In this document: positions 1 to 6,998 of the stretch, piece by piece
Layout of the letters: each line of letters begins with the position of its first letter
How positions within the stretch are numbered: position 1 is the stretch's first letter
DNA from: an uncultured Pseudomonadales bacterium
Lineage (GTDB): Bacteria; Patescibacteriota; Microgenomatia; UBA1400; PJMF01
NCBI GenBank assembly: GCA_964393205.1
Contig: CAYMSV010000004.1
Location: forward strand, 1 to 39,912
DNA length: 39,912 nucleotides
Direction of reading: 5' to 3'
Position numbers and translations under genes: made by a program
The notes under the pieces: generated by a model
Told to the model about the DNA's origin: nothing
Database searches by the model: none
The model's input: only the letters and a program-made list of their open reading frames with translations

Positions 1-1
1 T

Positions 2-268
2 ATTTCTCAATTTTCCACTGCTTTGGCCAATGAAGTTGGATTGTCTGCAGACTTTGCTAATTTTAATCTTTCTCATGGTCAACAAACTTCAGGTCATGCT
101 GTTACTTTAATTCAAAACATGGATGGCAGCTTAGGTGTAATTGACGCTACTAACAACATGTTCAATCAAGATGTAGGTGCTTATATTAATCAAATTATTG
201 ATTCGGGCTATATTCCAACGAGCAATATCGAAGGAGCAATGCAGGGCTTGATATATCAAATTCCTTAA
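2..268 (+). CDS. C-terminal fragment of an unknown protein (gene begins upstream of the window)
   Basis: The frame is open from base 2 to TAA at 266-268. The TTG 'start' at 23 in the ORF track is probably internal. No motif recognised. Confidence 0.4.
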   Translation: MSQFSTALANEVGLSADFANFNLSHGQQTSGHAVTLIQNMDGSLGVIDATNNMFNQDVGAYINQIIDSGYIPTSNIEGAMQGLIYQIP

Positions 269-324
269 TTAATATTATTTTTGATTAAATTTATAAAAAA
301 GGAAATTTATTATTTAGAAAAGCA

Positions 325-921
325 CTACTCAGATTTTGTAGTTAAATGTTCAGTAAAATTTAACATTTTTAAAACAGGTTTGTTATCTGAAACAATTTTA
401 TTGATCGCACAATTCATCATTTGAAAGTCGTTTCCCTCTTGATAAGCAATTTTAATGGATGATAATCTTTCGTCGCCAAACATGTTTCTTAAATAATCTA
501 AAATTGCTCCACCGTGGGTGACAAATACAATATGATTTTGGTCTTTGGAAACTTTATTTACCAGTTGATGAATTCTTTCACCCGTAGCTCGTGAGGAATC
601 TCCATATTTTGGAACATACTCTCTATTATTTGTTGACTTAATCCATTCTCGTATAAATTCTTGCCTAGTGATTTTTGGATCGCTCCAAATCATGCGCTCA
701 ATCAAAGCCTTATCAAGACTGTATTTTAAATTTAACACTTTGGCTATTTGCTGAGCTGTTTCAACAGTGCGCTTCAATGGACTAGAAATGATTTTATTAA
801 TAGGAAATTGTTTTAAATATTCACCAGTTTCTTTAGCTTGGTTAAAGCCAATTTTAGTTAAACCAGGATCACCAGCATGGATTTGTTTTTGACCGTGGCG
901 AATGAGATAAAGCTTAGTCAT
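325..921 (-). CDS. histidine phosphatase family protein (phosphoglycerate-mutase-like)
   Basis: N-terminal LYLIRHGQ (RHG catalytic motif) and C-terminal VTHGG, as expected for the histidine phosphatase superfamily. 198 aa. Confidence 0.8.
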   Translation of the reverse strand: MTKLYLIRHGQKQIHAGDPGLTKIGFNQAKETGEYLKQFPINKIISSPLKRTVETAQQIAKVLNLKYSLDKALIERMIWSDPKITRQEFIREWIKSTNNREYVPKYGDSSRATGERIHQLVNKVSKDQNHIVFVTHGGAILDYLRNMFGDERLSSIKIAYQEGNDFQMMNCAINKIVSDNKPVLKMLNFTEHLTTKSE

Positions 922-1330
922 CTTCTAAATTTTCAAACCTTCCATCTTGGTATGGTGGAAAACAAATTTCAAAGACCACTAAATTATCATCAGCTTGCCA
1001 CTGCATGATATCTCCGACTTCAACTACCTGGGCAAAGCCTTCAGAGTTTTGATTAACTTCAAATATTATTTTTTTTCCACTAGGTTTTTGAATGCATAGT
1101 CTACCCGTACCAGAAATATAACCCTCTATTGTTTGATCGCCGCTAAGAACTCGTTGCGGTTTAGTTTTTTTACCAGCTTCGATATAAATAACTCCCAGAT
1201 CTCTTTCTTTTGTTTCTGGATGAAAATAAACATCACATACCACTCCAGGAAAAACCTCTGAAGACTCAATAAACTTTACAGTTAAAGTTTCATTTTCATA
1301 TGTGAATGATTCAATTTTATTTTTACTCAT
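914..1330 (-). CDS. small beta-rich protein, possibly cupin-like
   Basis: 138-aa ORF whose 3' end overlaps the downstream phosphatase gene start by 8 nt (operon). The cupin call rests only on size and beta-strand-like sequence character. Confidence 0.4.
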   Translation of the reverse strand: MSKNKIESFTYENETLTVKFIESSEVFPGVVCDVYFHPETKERDLGVIYIEAGKKTKPQRVLSGDQTIEGYISGTGRLCIQKPSGKKIIFEVNQNSEGFAQVVEVGDIMQWQADDNLVVFEICFPPYQDGRFENLEDD

Positions 1331-1437
1331 TGTAAGATTTTGTAAGATTCTAAATCTCTTCCTTGATTTATCTGCCTCATTTTTTCTAAAAATTCAGATT
1401 TTATGATTGGGGCAGATTATAAAATAAAAACCCCAAT

Positions 1438-1908
1438 TTATATAATAAACCCGCCATGACAATAAAGTCGACAAACAATTTTGCCATTTTTCGATATTTC
1501 CTCAATGCCAGTAAAATTTGCTAAATCACCAGTAGTTTTAAATTCATATTTCCACTCTCCATTGATAAATTCTTTTGGACCACGTACAGGAATATTGTCA
1601 CCAGATCCAGACATCAAAGCTGGTCTTAAAATTGAATCAAATAATTTTTCACTAATTTTATTACTAATAGTAAAACCATAATAATTCATACCCCAAACTG
1701 CTTTTTTATTTTGGTAGATTACTTCTTCACCAATAAATTTAGTTGCGCCAAAAAAAGTATCATGGAACTCTAAGTTGCCTTTTTGAAAATGATAGTCTTT
1801 CGAACCAGGGCGGAGTGAAGCAACCTGCTTAACACCTTCATTAGCGTAGGTATTTTGATTAGCTTGGCGCAGGAAAGAGTCGACAATAGAAATTAAAGAA
1901 TTTGACAT
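1438..1908 (-). CDS. conserved hypothetical protein (DUF5680-like by recollection)
   Basis: ORF-track frame. I moved the start to the ATG at 1906-1908 (MSNSLISIV...) because the longer start lies inside the intergenic 22-bp repeat. The WGMNYYG and C-terminal CHGG pattern recalls DUF5680. Not verified. Confidence 0.5.
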   Translation of the reverse strand: MSNSLISIVDSFLRQANQNTYANEGVKQVASLRPGSKDYHFQKGNLEFHDTFFGATKFIGEEVIYQNKKAVWGMNYYGFTISNKISEKLFDSILRPALMSGSGDNIPVRGPKEFINGEWKYEFKTTGDLANFTGIEEISKNGKIVCRLYCHGGFII

Positions 1909-1928
1909 ATTGCAATTATAATCTAAAG

Positions 1929-1950
1929 GGCGGAGCATGTGGGTCTGGAA
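1929..1950. repeat. 22-bp direct repeat copy 1 (GGCGGAGCATGTGGGTCTGGAA), resembles a tRNA 3' end on the minus strand
   Basis: Identical 22-mer at 4213-4234. The minus-strand reading is TTCCAGA-CCCAC-ATGCTCC-G, a T-loop/T-stem/acceptor/discriminator layout. Confidence 0.85.
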
Positions 1951-2003
1951 GCCATATATCCCATAGCTAAATGCACCTTTCTTGAGTTAATTATATCCAA
2001 AAT

Positions 2004-2018
2004 GGGACAAATGGGACA
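2004..2018. repeat. GGGACAAATGGGACA motif copy 1 (internal GGGACA x2)
   Basis: Identical 15-mer at 4298-4312. It lies 53 nt downstream of the 22-bp repeat here and 63 nt downstream in copy 2. Confidence 0.8.
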
Positions 2019-2093
2019 GTGCAGAAATGGTAGTCTTAGTGACCATATTTACTAATTTTGTGGAGAACGTGAAATAGAAATGTTTGTTGTTTC

Positions 2094-2122
2094 TTGAATA
2101 ATTGTCATAATTATGCTATCAT
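2094..2122 (+). promoter_or_regulatory. candidate sigma70-like promoter for the XRE-led cassette
   Basis: TTGAAT (2094-2099), 17-nt spacer, TATCAT (2117-2122), 10 nt upstream of the ATG at 2132. Pattern match only. Confidence 0.3.
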
Positions 2123-2131
2123 AATAATGAT

Positions 2132-2356
2132 ATGATAAAAATGAAAATATCCATTTCAGAAAAAGCGATTGGCAAAAACATTAAAAGAATGAGAAACAAA
2201 CTTAATTTGTCTCAAGAAGAATTAGCCATTAAAGCAGGAGTTAAGTATTCGAACCTAGTTAAAATTGAAAATTCAGTAATAGGTAAGCCAACGGTATATA
2301 CCGTTTACCGTATTGCAAAGGCATTGGATACAACTGTAGAGAAGTTAATCGAATAA
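2132..2356 (+). CDS. XRE-family helix-turn-helix transcriptional regulator
   Basis: 74 aa. The stretch LNLSQEELAIKAGVKYSNLVKIENS is a typical HTH_3 pattern. Confidence 0.8.
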   Translation: MIKMKISISEKAIGKNIKRMRNKLNLSQEELAIKAGVKYSNLVKIENSVIGKPTVYTVYRIAKALDTTVEKLIE

Positions 2357-2376
2357 TAAGTAGTAGAAAGGAATTT

Positions 2377-2661
2377 ATGGAATTATTAAATCCATACGTA
2401 AAAAAAGCTGAAGCTGAAGTTGAAAAGCTGTCAGCAGAGTATCAAAAGCTTAAAGCAAAAGTAAAGTCAGAAGCTGCTGATGTTCAAATTGAAACTGAAC
2501 AAAGAAAAAAGCAGGAAGAACTTGAACAAACATTGCAGAAAGCAAAAGAAGAACTTAAATCATTAAAGGAATCAACTAAAGACACCTTTGATGATATTAA
2601 GATGAAATATGAAATAACTATGGAAAAAGTTAGATCAAATTTTCAACAACTTAGTGAGTAA
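2377..2661 (+). CDS. small coiled-coil protein, unknown function
   Basis: 94 aa, K/E/Q-rich with heptad-like character throughout (AEAEVEKLSAEYQKLKAKVK...). GGAA-rich SD-like sequence upstream. Confidence 0.55.
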   Translation: MELLNPYVKKAEAEVEKLSAEYQKLKAKVKSEAADVQIETEQRKKQEELEQTLQKAKEELKSLKESTKDTFDDIKMKYEITMEKVRSNFQQLSE

Positions 2662-2683
2662 ATAAAAACTAGATTGGGATATT

Positions 2684-3010
2684 ATGATAATAATTAAATT
2701 TCAGGCACTCAATAATTACGAAAAAAGGAAAACTGATAAAGAAGAAGCAGTTAAATTATTGGAAGATTTACAATCAACATATCCAGCTCTATATAAAGAT
2801 GAGGAGGTAGTTTTTGACGTTAAAGTAGATCAAGATCCACACACACTGTATAAAATAGTTACTTTTAATGCATTTATACCAGATCATGGAAAAATATTTG
2901 CTGAGGCTAAAGCGACTACCTTTTTACAAGCACTTTCAAAGATCAAAACAGATCTTTACAGACATAGTCGAAAGGAGACATATGATGAACCAAGTTCCTC
3001 AAAAAAATAA
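2684..3010 (+). CDS. divergent HPF/RaiA (ribosome hibernation factor, S30AE)-like protein
   Basis: 108 aa. The element order matches my recollection of the HPF/YfiA beta-alpha-beta-beta-beta-alpha layout: IKFQALNNYE, helix AVKLLEDLQSTYP, strands EVVFDVKVD / YKIVTFNAFIP / KIFAEAKA, then helix TFLQALSKIKTDLYRHSRKE. Not verified by search. Confidence 0.45.
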   Translation: MIIIKFQALNNYEKRKTDKEEAVKLLEDLQSTYPALYKDEEVVFDVKVDQDPHTLYKIVTFNAFIPDHGKIFAEAKATTFLQALSKIKTDLYRHSRKETYDEPSSSKK

Positions 3011-4154
3011 CAAAGCAGTTGCTGATTTTTTAGCTAGCATTAGTTTTGATCCTAGTCTATGGTTCATATCAATAGCTGTTAACCAGAATATGTCATCTGG
3101 AGATTTACTTCGAATCATTCGCTCGCAACTTCCTGCAAAATTAGAAGAGCATGAGCTTCATACTAAACTTAAGCATCAACTCAGAAAAATGATTAAATAT
3201 ATCCATAACTTTACTCGTCAAGCCCAGGAAGAGGCGAAAAAAGCTGGTAATGATGTTTTTCTTAGTTTTGCTTTTAGAGAAGATGTGCTTGGTGGAGCTG
3301 CTCGAGATAATACAGCAGAATTGTTGCAACAGCGATCCTTTCCTGTAGGAAAAGTGATTGAAACACAACTTACTGTTGCTCATATCCCAGATCTAACTTA
3401 TGTCTATCAGTCAGGCAAAAATGTTTTGAAAGAAGATACTATTACTGTCACCATAGATCCCGAACAACTAATTTGCTATTCAGGAAAAGAAGTTTCTTTA
3501 GAGAAAGTCATTTGGAAAGAAAAAAATATTTTTTCAAAACCAGAAGATGATGAATATATTGAAGTAGTAAATATGTCTACTCAAAATAAAGCCATTCATA
3601 GTACTGGAAGTGAAAAAGTAGAGCGAACTTTTCAAAGTGGTTTGCTTTTATTTGTGAAAAATGAACTTGAAAGAATTGAAAAACAACTTAATCCTCAAGT
3701 TGTTTACTTATATTTTTCACAGTCATATGAGCCTTTAAGAAAAAAAATTGACGCACTGATTGAGAAAAGTATAGCTAGCAAAAAAATCCATCTCGAATAT
3801 ATTTCAAGCGATCAATTTAGGCATGTAGATGCTAATTTAATTAAGCCATCTTTTGGCATGATTAAAGAATTGTCAAAAATTAAAAATAATAAAAGTGCTA
3901 CAAGCAACTTACACGAAATATGTAAATTGATTCGACAAGGCAATCTAGACACTCTTTATTTATCCTCTGAGCTAAATCAATCCGGGTATATTACTCCAAG
4001 TGCTAACTGTTACACCTATCCAGTAAAGGATTCAAAGAAAGTAGATTCAATTAGACCGTGGCTAATTAAGTCAGCTCTAAATATTTCTGCAAAACTTATA
4101 ATCTTGAACACTCAGGATATAGGTAGTGAAGTGCTTGCAATTCCAAGGTATTAG
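2982..4154 (+). CDS. eRF1/Pelota-like (baeRF-type) protein
   Basis: Start set at ATG 2982 (MMNQVPQ...), preceded by AAGGAG at 2972-2977. The ORF-track start at 2868 would overlap most of the HPF-like gene. The C-terminus, GNLDTLYLSS...SAKLIILNTQDIGSEVLAIPRY, resembles the eRF1/Pelota domain-3 signature (GAVETLLIS ... GAKV.IIS....G..L...GGIAAILRY). Confidence 0.45.
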   Translation: MMNQVPQKNNKAVADFLASISFDPSLWFISIAVNQNMSSGDLLRIIRSQLPAKLEEHELHTKLKHQLRKMIKYIHNFTRQAQEEAKKAGNDVFLSFAFREDVLGGAARDNTAELLQQRSFPVGKVIETQLTVAHIPDLTYVYQSGKNVLKEDTITVTIDPEQLICYSGKEVSLEKVIWKEKNIFSKPEDDEYIEVVNMSTQNKAIHSTGSEKVERTFQSGLLLFVKNELERIEKQLNPQVVYLYFSQSYEPLRKKIDALIEKSIASKKIHLEYISSDQFRHVDANLIKPSFGMIKELSKIKNNKSATSNLHEICKLIRQGNLDTLYLSSELNQSGYITPSANCYTYPVKDSKKVDSIRPWLIKSALNISAKLIILNTQDIGSEVLAIPRY

Positions 4155-4186
4155 GTTCAATAGGTTCAAATAGTATGCGCAAAAAA

Positions 4187-4209
4187 ATAGGCATAAAGCC
4201 TATTTTTTT
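4187..4209 (+). terminator. candidate rho-independent terminator, bidirectional in form
   Basis: ATAGGC-ATAAA-GCCTAT hairpin, flanked by an A-run upstream and TTTTTT at 4204-4209. The stem is short. Confidence 0.4.
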
Positions 4210-4212
4210 CTT

Positions 4213-4234
4213 GGCGGAGCATGTGGGTCTGGAA
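4213..4234. repeat. 22-bp direct repeat copy 2; the minus-strand reading ends ...ATGCTCC-G-CCA
   Basis: Identical to 1929-1950. The flanking TT gives a CCA-A end in the tRNA orientation. Confidence 0.85.
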
Positions 4235-4297
4235 CCAGTGTGTCGTTATAACTGTCTTATTCCAGAATCGAGCTTCCAGGGTAATTTTAGCAAAAAC

Positions 4298-4312
4298 GGG
4301 ACAAATGGGACA
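4298..4312. repeat. GGGACAAATGGGACA motif copy 2
   Basis: Identical to 2004-2018. Confidence 0.8.
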
Positions 4313-4359
4313 CTATAAAAAAGGAGTGTCTTGTTTTAGTAGTGATATATTTTGATATA

Positions 4360-5268
4360 TTAATTATCAAACTCTCTCCACTGATTAGCTTTGGCTTCGG
4401 CCACAGACATTGCTCCCAGGCTTATTCTTTTTTTGAGGTCCTCAAGATAACAAAAATCAGGTGAATTACTAATCTTGAGTTTATTAAAAATAACTTTAGC
4501 AATAGAATATTCGAATAAGTGTATTGATATTACTGTCCTATCTTTCTCAAATTCAGGATAAATTAGATGAAATGCTTGTGGTTTTGGTGATAAAAGCAAC
4601 TCAACCTTTATAAGGTTCTGACCATTCAATATTGAGTTTCTAATTCCATTAAATGCATCATCGTATATAGTTCTCCCTAGAAGTAAAGCCAGATATTCGT
4701 AAGCAATTAGGACCATAGCATTAGGTTCCGCAATGGTGTTTTTTGTAAAGTCAGGTTTAAATTTATCTCCATCCCACCTTACAATGGACAAGCCTTTATA
4801 AATCTGCACTTTTTTCCCATTGGGAGTTTCATTTATTTTAGATGCCAATGTCTTTGCAGTTTCAGGATTTAATCCGTGTTCTTGAACTAACTTCTTTTCC
4901 ATAAAACTAACGGCATGCACTGTTGGCAATACAGCTTCACTGCTATCAGTTATTGGTCTTATATGTATTCCAGAGTTAGTTCTTTCAGCTTGTAAGACAG
5001 TTCCAATAGGGCTTTGTGTTGTATATTTCTGTCGCTTTTCTATAGAGTCGAAAATCTTAGGCAGATCATCTTTCAACTTCCAAGCAGCCTGTCTGACCCA
5101 GCTATCAAATTTTATTGAGGAATAAAGCTTCGATCCAATTCCGTGGTTGCATTCTGCACACAAGAGTTGGTGATTCAACCTTCCTCCTAAAAAATCTGGA
5201 ATTACATGTTCAGGTGGTGTCGAGTCATCTAATGCTTTTAAGCAAAGAATACATTTATCAAATTTCAT
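4360..5268 (-). CDS. HNH endonuclease-domain protein with an unknown C-terminal domain
   Basis: N-terminus CILCLK...PEHVIPDFLGGRLNHQLLCAECNHG gives CxxC ... EH ... N ... CxxCNH, a zinc-bound HNH beta-beta-alpha-Me motif. Its start overlaps the upstream gene's stop by 4 nt. Confidence 0.7.
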   Translation of the reverse strand: MKFDKCILCLKALDDSTPPEHVIPDFLGGRLNHQLLCAECNHGIGSKLYSSIKFDSWVRQAAWKLKDDLPKIFDSIEKRQKYTTQSPIGTVLQAERTNSGIHIRPITDSSEAVLPTVHAVSFMEKKLVQEHGLNPETAKTLASKINETPNGKKVQIYKGLSIVRWDGDKFKPDFTKNTIAEPNAMVLIAYEYLALLLGRTIYDDAFNGIRNSILNGQNLIKVELLLSPKPQAFHLIYPEFEKDRTVISIHLFEYSIAKVIFNKLKISNSPDFCYLEDLKKRISLGAMSVAEAKANQWREFDN

Positions 5269-6143
5269 ACCTTCAAGTTCATCCCGGAAAAACTTTTTAA
5301 ATCTTGGTAAATATCTTTATTTTCAAAGTTGTAAACATTCCCTATCATAAAGGTTGCGTTAGCCATAGGAACATTTTTACTTTCAAAACCAGATAAACAA
5401 GAGATGTAATAAAGTATTACACATGAGCCTGAATCAATAATTTTGTTAACCATAGGCTGATTTTTATGCATAAATTCATAAAGAAGTTGATCTAAGCCTG
5501 CTAGAGCAGCCTGTTCACTTATGGAGTGATAAATCAAATCATCATTAATTAAAACTTTATCAAGTGATAGAGCAATCGTTGGTATTCCATCTGGAACAGA
5601 AGATTTTCTTAGTTGTTTCCAGGCTTTTCGAATGTTTTTTTCAACAGACTTTGTGGAAGATGGCCTTTTACACTCAACATTGTAGGTAAATCGACTTGTA
5701 GATACTTGTAAATCGGGATTAGGTTCACCTAATTTCACTTTAGTTCCTAAATTATGCAAAAATGCAAACAAACTAAGCTCAAATGTTGTGTTCCTAGATG
5801 ATGTGTCTTCTGGATTCTCCTCTGAGAGCAAATAAGTACCGTTAGCAAGATCCAACAGTTTATTTTTCACCAGATTGGTATCTTGAGTTGTTTCCTCTAG
5901 TGCCTTAACTATATTAAAAACTTCTAGGGCATAATATTGGCTGTAGTAATACTTTGCCTTATTTTTTTTTAAAAAGTCATGGAATGCCTGATCACTTTTT
6001 GTTCTGGCCGCATCCAATTCTTTTAAGTATGAAAAGTATTGGCAGATTCTAGATTGATTATTAAGTGGAATCTCATGTTTAGAAAAGATTTCCTTGACTT
6101 TTTTCTCAGATTCAATGATTTTAGAGAACTTATATCTTTTCAT
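5265..6143 (-). CDS. PD-(D/E)xK-type nuclease-like protein
   Basis: FELSLFAFL...GEPNPDLQVSTSRFTYNVECKRP gives E ... PD-x12-E-C-K, the restriction-endonuclease-like core motif. 292 aa. Confidence 0.5.
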   Translation of the reverse strand: MKRYKFSKIIESEKKVKEIFSKHEIPLNNQSRICQYFSYLKELDAARTKSDQAFHDFLKKNKAKYYYSQYYALEVFNIVKALEETTQDTNLVKNKLLDLANGTYLLSEENPEDTSSRNTTFELSLFAFLHNLGTKVKLGEPNPDLQVSTSRFTYNVECKRPSSTKSVEKNIRKAWKQLRKSSVPDGIPTIALSLDKVLINDDLIYHSISEQAALAGLDQLLYEFMHKNQPMVNKIIDSGSCVILYYISCLSGFESKNVPMANATFMIGNVYNFENKDIYQDLKSFSGMNLKV

Positions 6144-6149
6144 AATGGC

Positions 6150-6989
6150 CTAATTTTTTAGCATGTCTTTTGAAAACTTTTCAAATTGTACAAAATCTTC
6201 CTTTTTGTAAAGCTTGTATTCCTTAGCAAAAAAGCGCAGTAATACGAAATAGATTTGGTAAGTAATAGAAACAATTCTTTCCACATCTTCTGGAGAGCCA
6301 TCAGTCATTAATCGCTGTTGCCCATTTGAGTCAGTGACAAAGAATCTATTTAGACCTGAGCTATTAAGATGAGCTATCTGTGAAAAAAACTTGTAATATA
6401 GAACATAATATTTCTCTAAACTTTTTCTCTCAGAGAGTTTTTTCTTCTTTTTTAAATATTCGTCAAAAATAATTGCTCTACCTCTAATATCAGGAATCTG
6501 CTTTGGAATCTTATACTTATATCTTTTTGATATTTTCTGTATTTCCAATTCTTTTTCATTTATAAACTGATCCCAATCACTAGGAGACTTAATATGTCCA
6601 AAGGTTAAATTCCATTTCGGATATTTATTCCAAAAACTTCTATGTTTTTCAGCAAAATCTATTTGCTCTTGTATAGAGTCTATAATAAATATAAATGCAT
6701 TTCTTTGAGTTCTTCCAGAGTATATATAGTTAATATTAATAAATGTTTCAACAAGTGATCTGAACAAAACCTCTGAGGCCTTATCAAAATACGGTTCACT
6801 TCTTAATAATTTAAAAATACTTTCACTATAACTTTGAGAAGCGCATACAACTAGGAAAAGCAGTTGTTTTTTAAATCTTACCTTAGTGAAATTAAGCTCT
6901 GTACTACTTAATAAAGTTGAGCCAAATTTAAGTATTTCTCCGAATTGGTTAACAAGATTTTGTTGCTTTGCATTGAATTTATTAGTCAC
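6150..6989 (-). CDS. all-helical protein, AbiV/DUF5677-like (recollection)
   Basis: 279 aa. The stretches LFRSLVETFININYIY and FFSQIAHLNSSGL resemble conserved patches of DUF5677/AbiV-type proteins as I remember them. Gaps to the neighbouring genes are 6 and 9 nt. Confidence 0.35.
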   Translation of the reverse strand: MTNKFNAKQQNLVNQFGEILKFGSTLLSSTELNFTKVRFKKQLLFLVVCASQSYSESIFKLLRSEPYFDKASEVLFRSLVETFININYIYSGRTQRNAFIFIIDSIQEQIDFAEKHRSFWNKYPKWNLTFGHIKSPSDWDQFINEKELEIQKISKRYKYKIPKQIPDIRGRAIIFDEYLKKKKKLSERKSLEKYYVLYYKFFSQIAHLNSSGLNRFFVTDSNGQQRLMTDGSPEDVERIVSITYQIYFVLLRFFAKEYKLYKKEDFVQFEKFSKDMLKN

Positions 6990-6998
6990 AACTTACTT

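Noticed and set aside
2868-2981. Longer 428-aa version of the eRF1-like ORF starting at 2868
   Set aside because: It would overlap 143 nt of the HPF-like gene in another frame. An AAGGAG at 2972-2977 sits just before the ATG at 2982, which gives a sensible 390-aa protein.
3141-3383. Other short antisense ORFs in the track (1481-1681, 3141-3383, 5115-5300, 9142-9516, 12716-12913, 14204-14422, 23693-23932, 23968-24153, 24537-24842, 25419-25679, 27633-27839, 28104-28289, 28681-28878, 29337-29564, 33739-34092, 33813-34067, 34526-34822, 36990-37193, 37897-38088)
   Set aside because: Each lies entirely or almost entirely within a longer ORF on the opposite strand or in another frame, and that longer ORF has recognisable domain motifs. 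None has independent support.
4152-4169. Tandem TAGGTTCAA-TAGGTTCAA giving two in-frame TAG stops after the eRF1-like gene
   Set aside because: It is an 18-nt tandem duplication seen once. A link to release-factor-like function is tempting but has no supporting evidence, and back-up stops are common.
1929-4234. The two 22-bp repeats as functional tRNA genes
   Set aside because: Only the T-loop, 3' T-stem, acceptor and discriminator portion is present. The complementary GTGGG T-stem strand and the 5' acceptor strand (GGAGCAT) are absent at the required positions in both copies.
4309-4337. GACACT...AGTGTC hairpin plus T-rich tail as a conserved part of the GGGACA motif
   Set aside because: The equivalent position after copy 1 (2013-2040) cannot form the hairpin, so it is not a conserved feature of the repeat unit.
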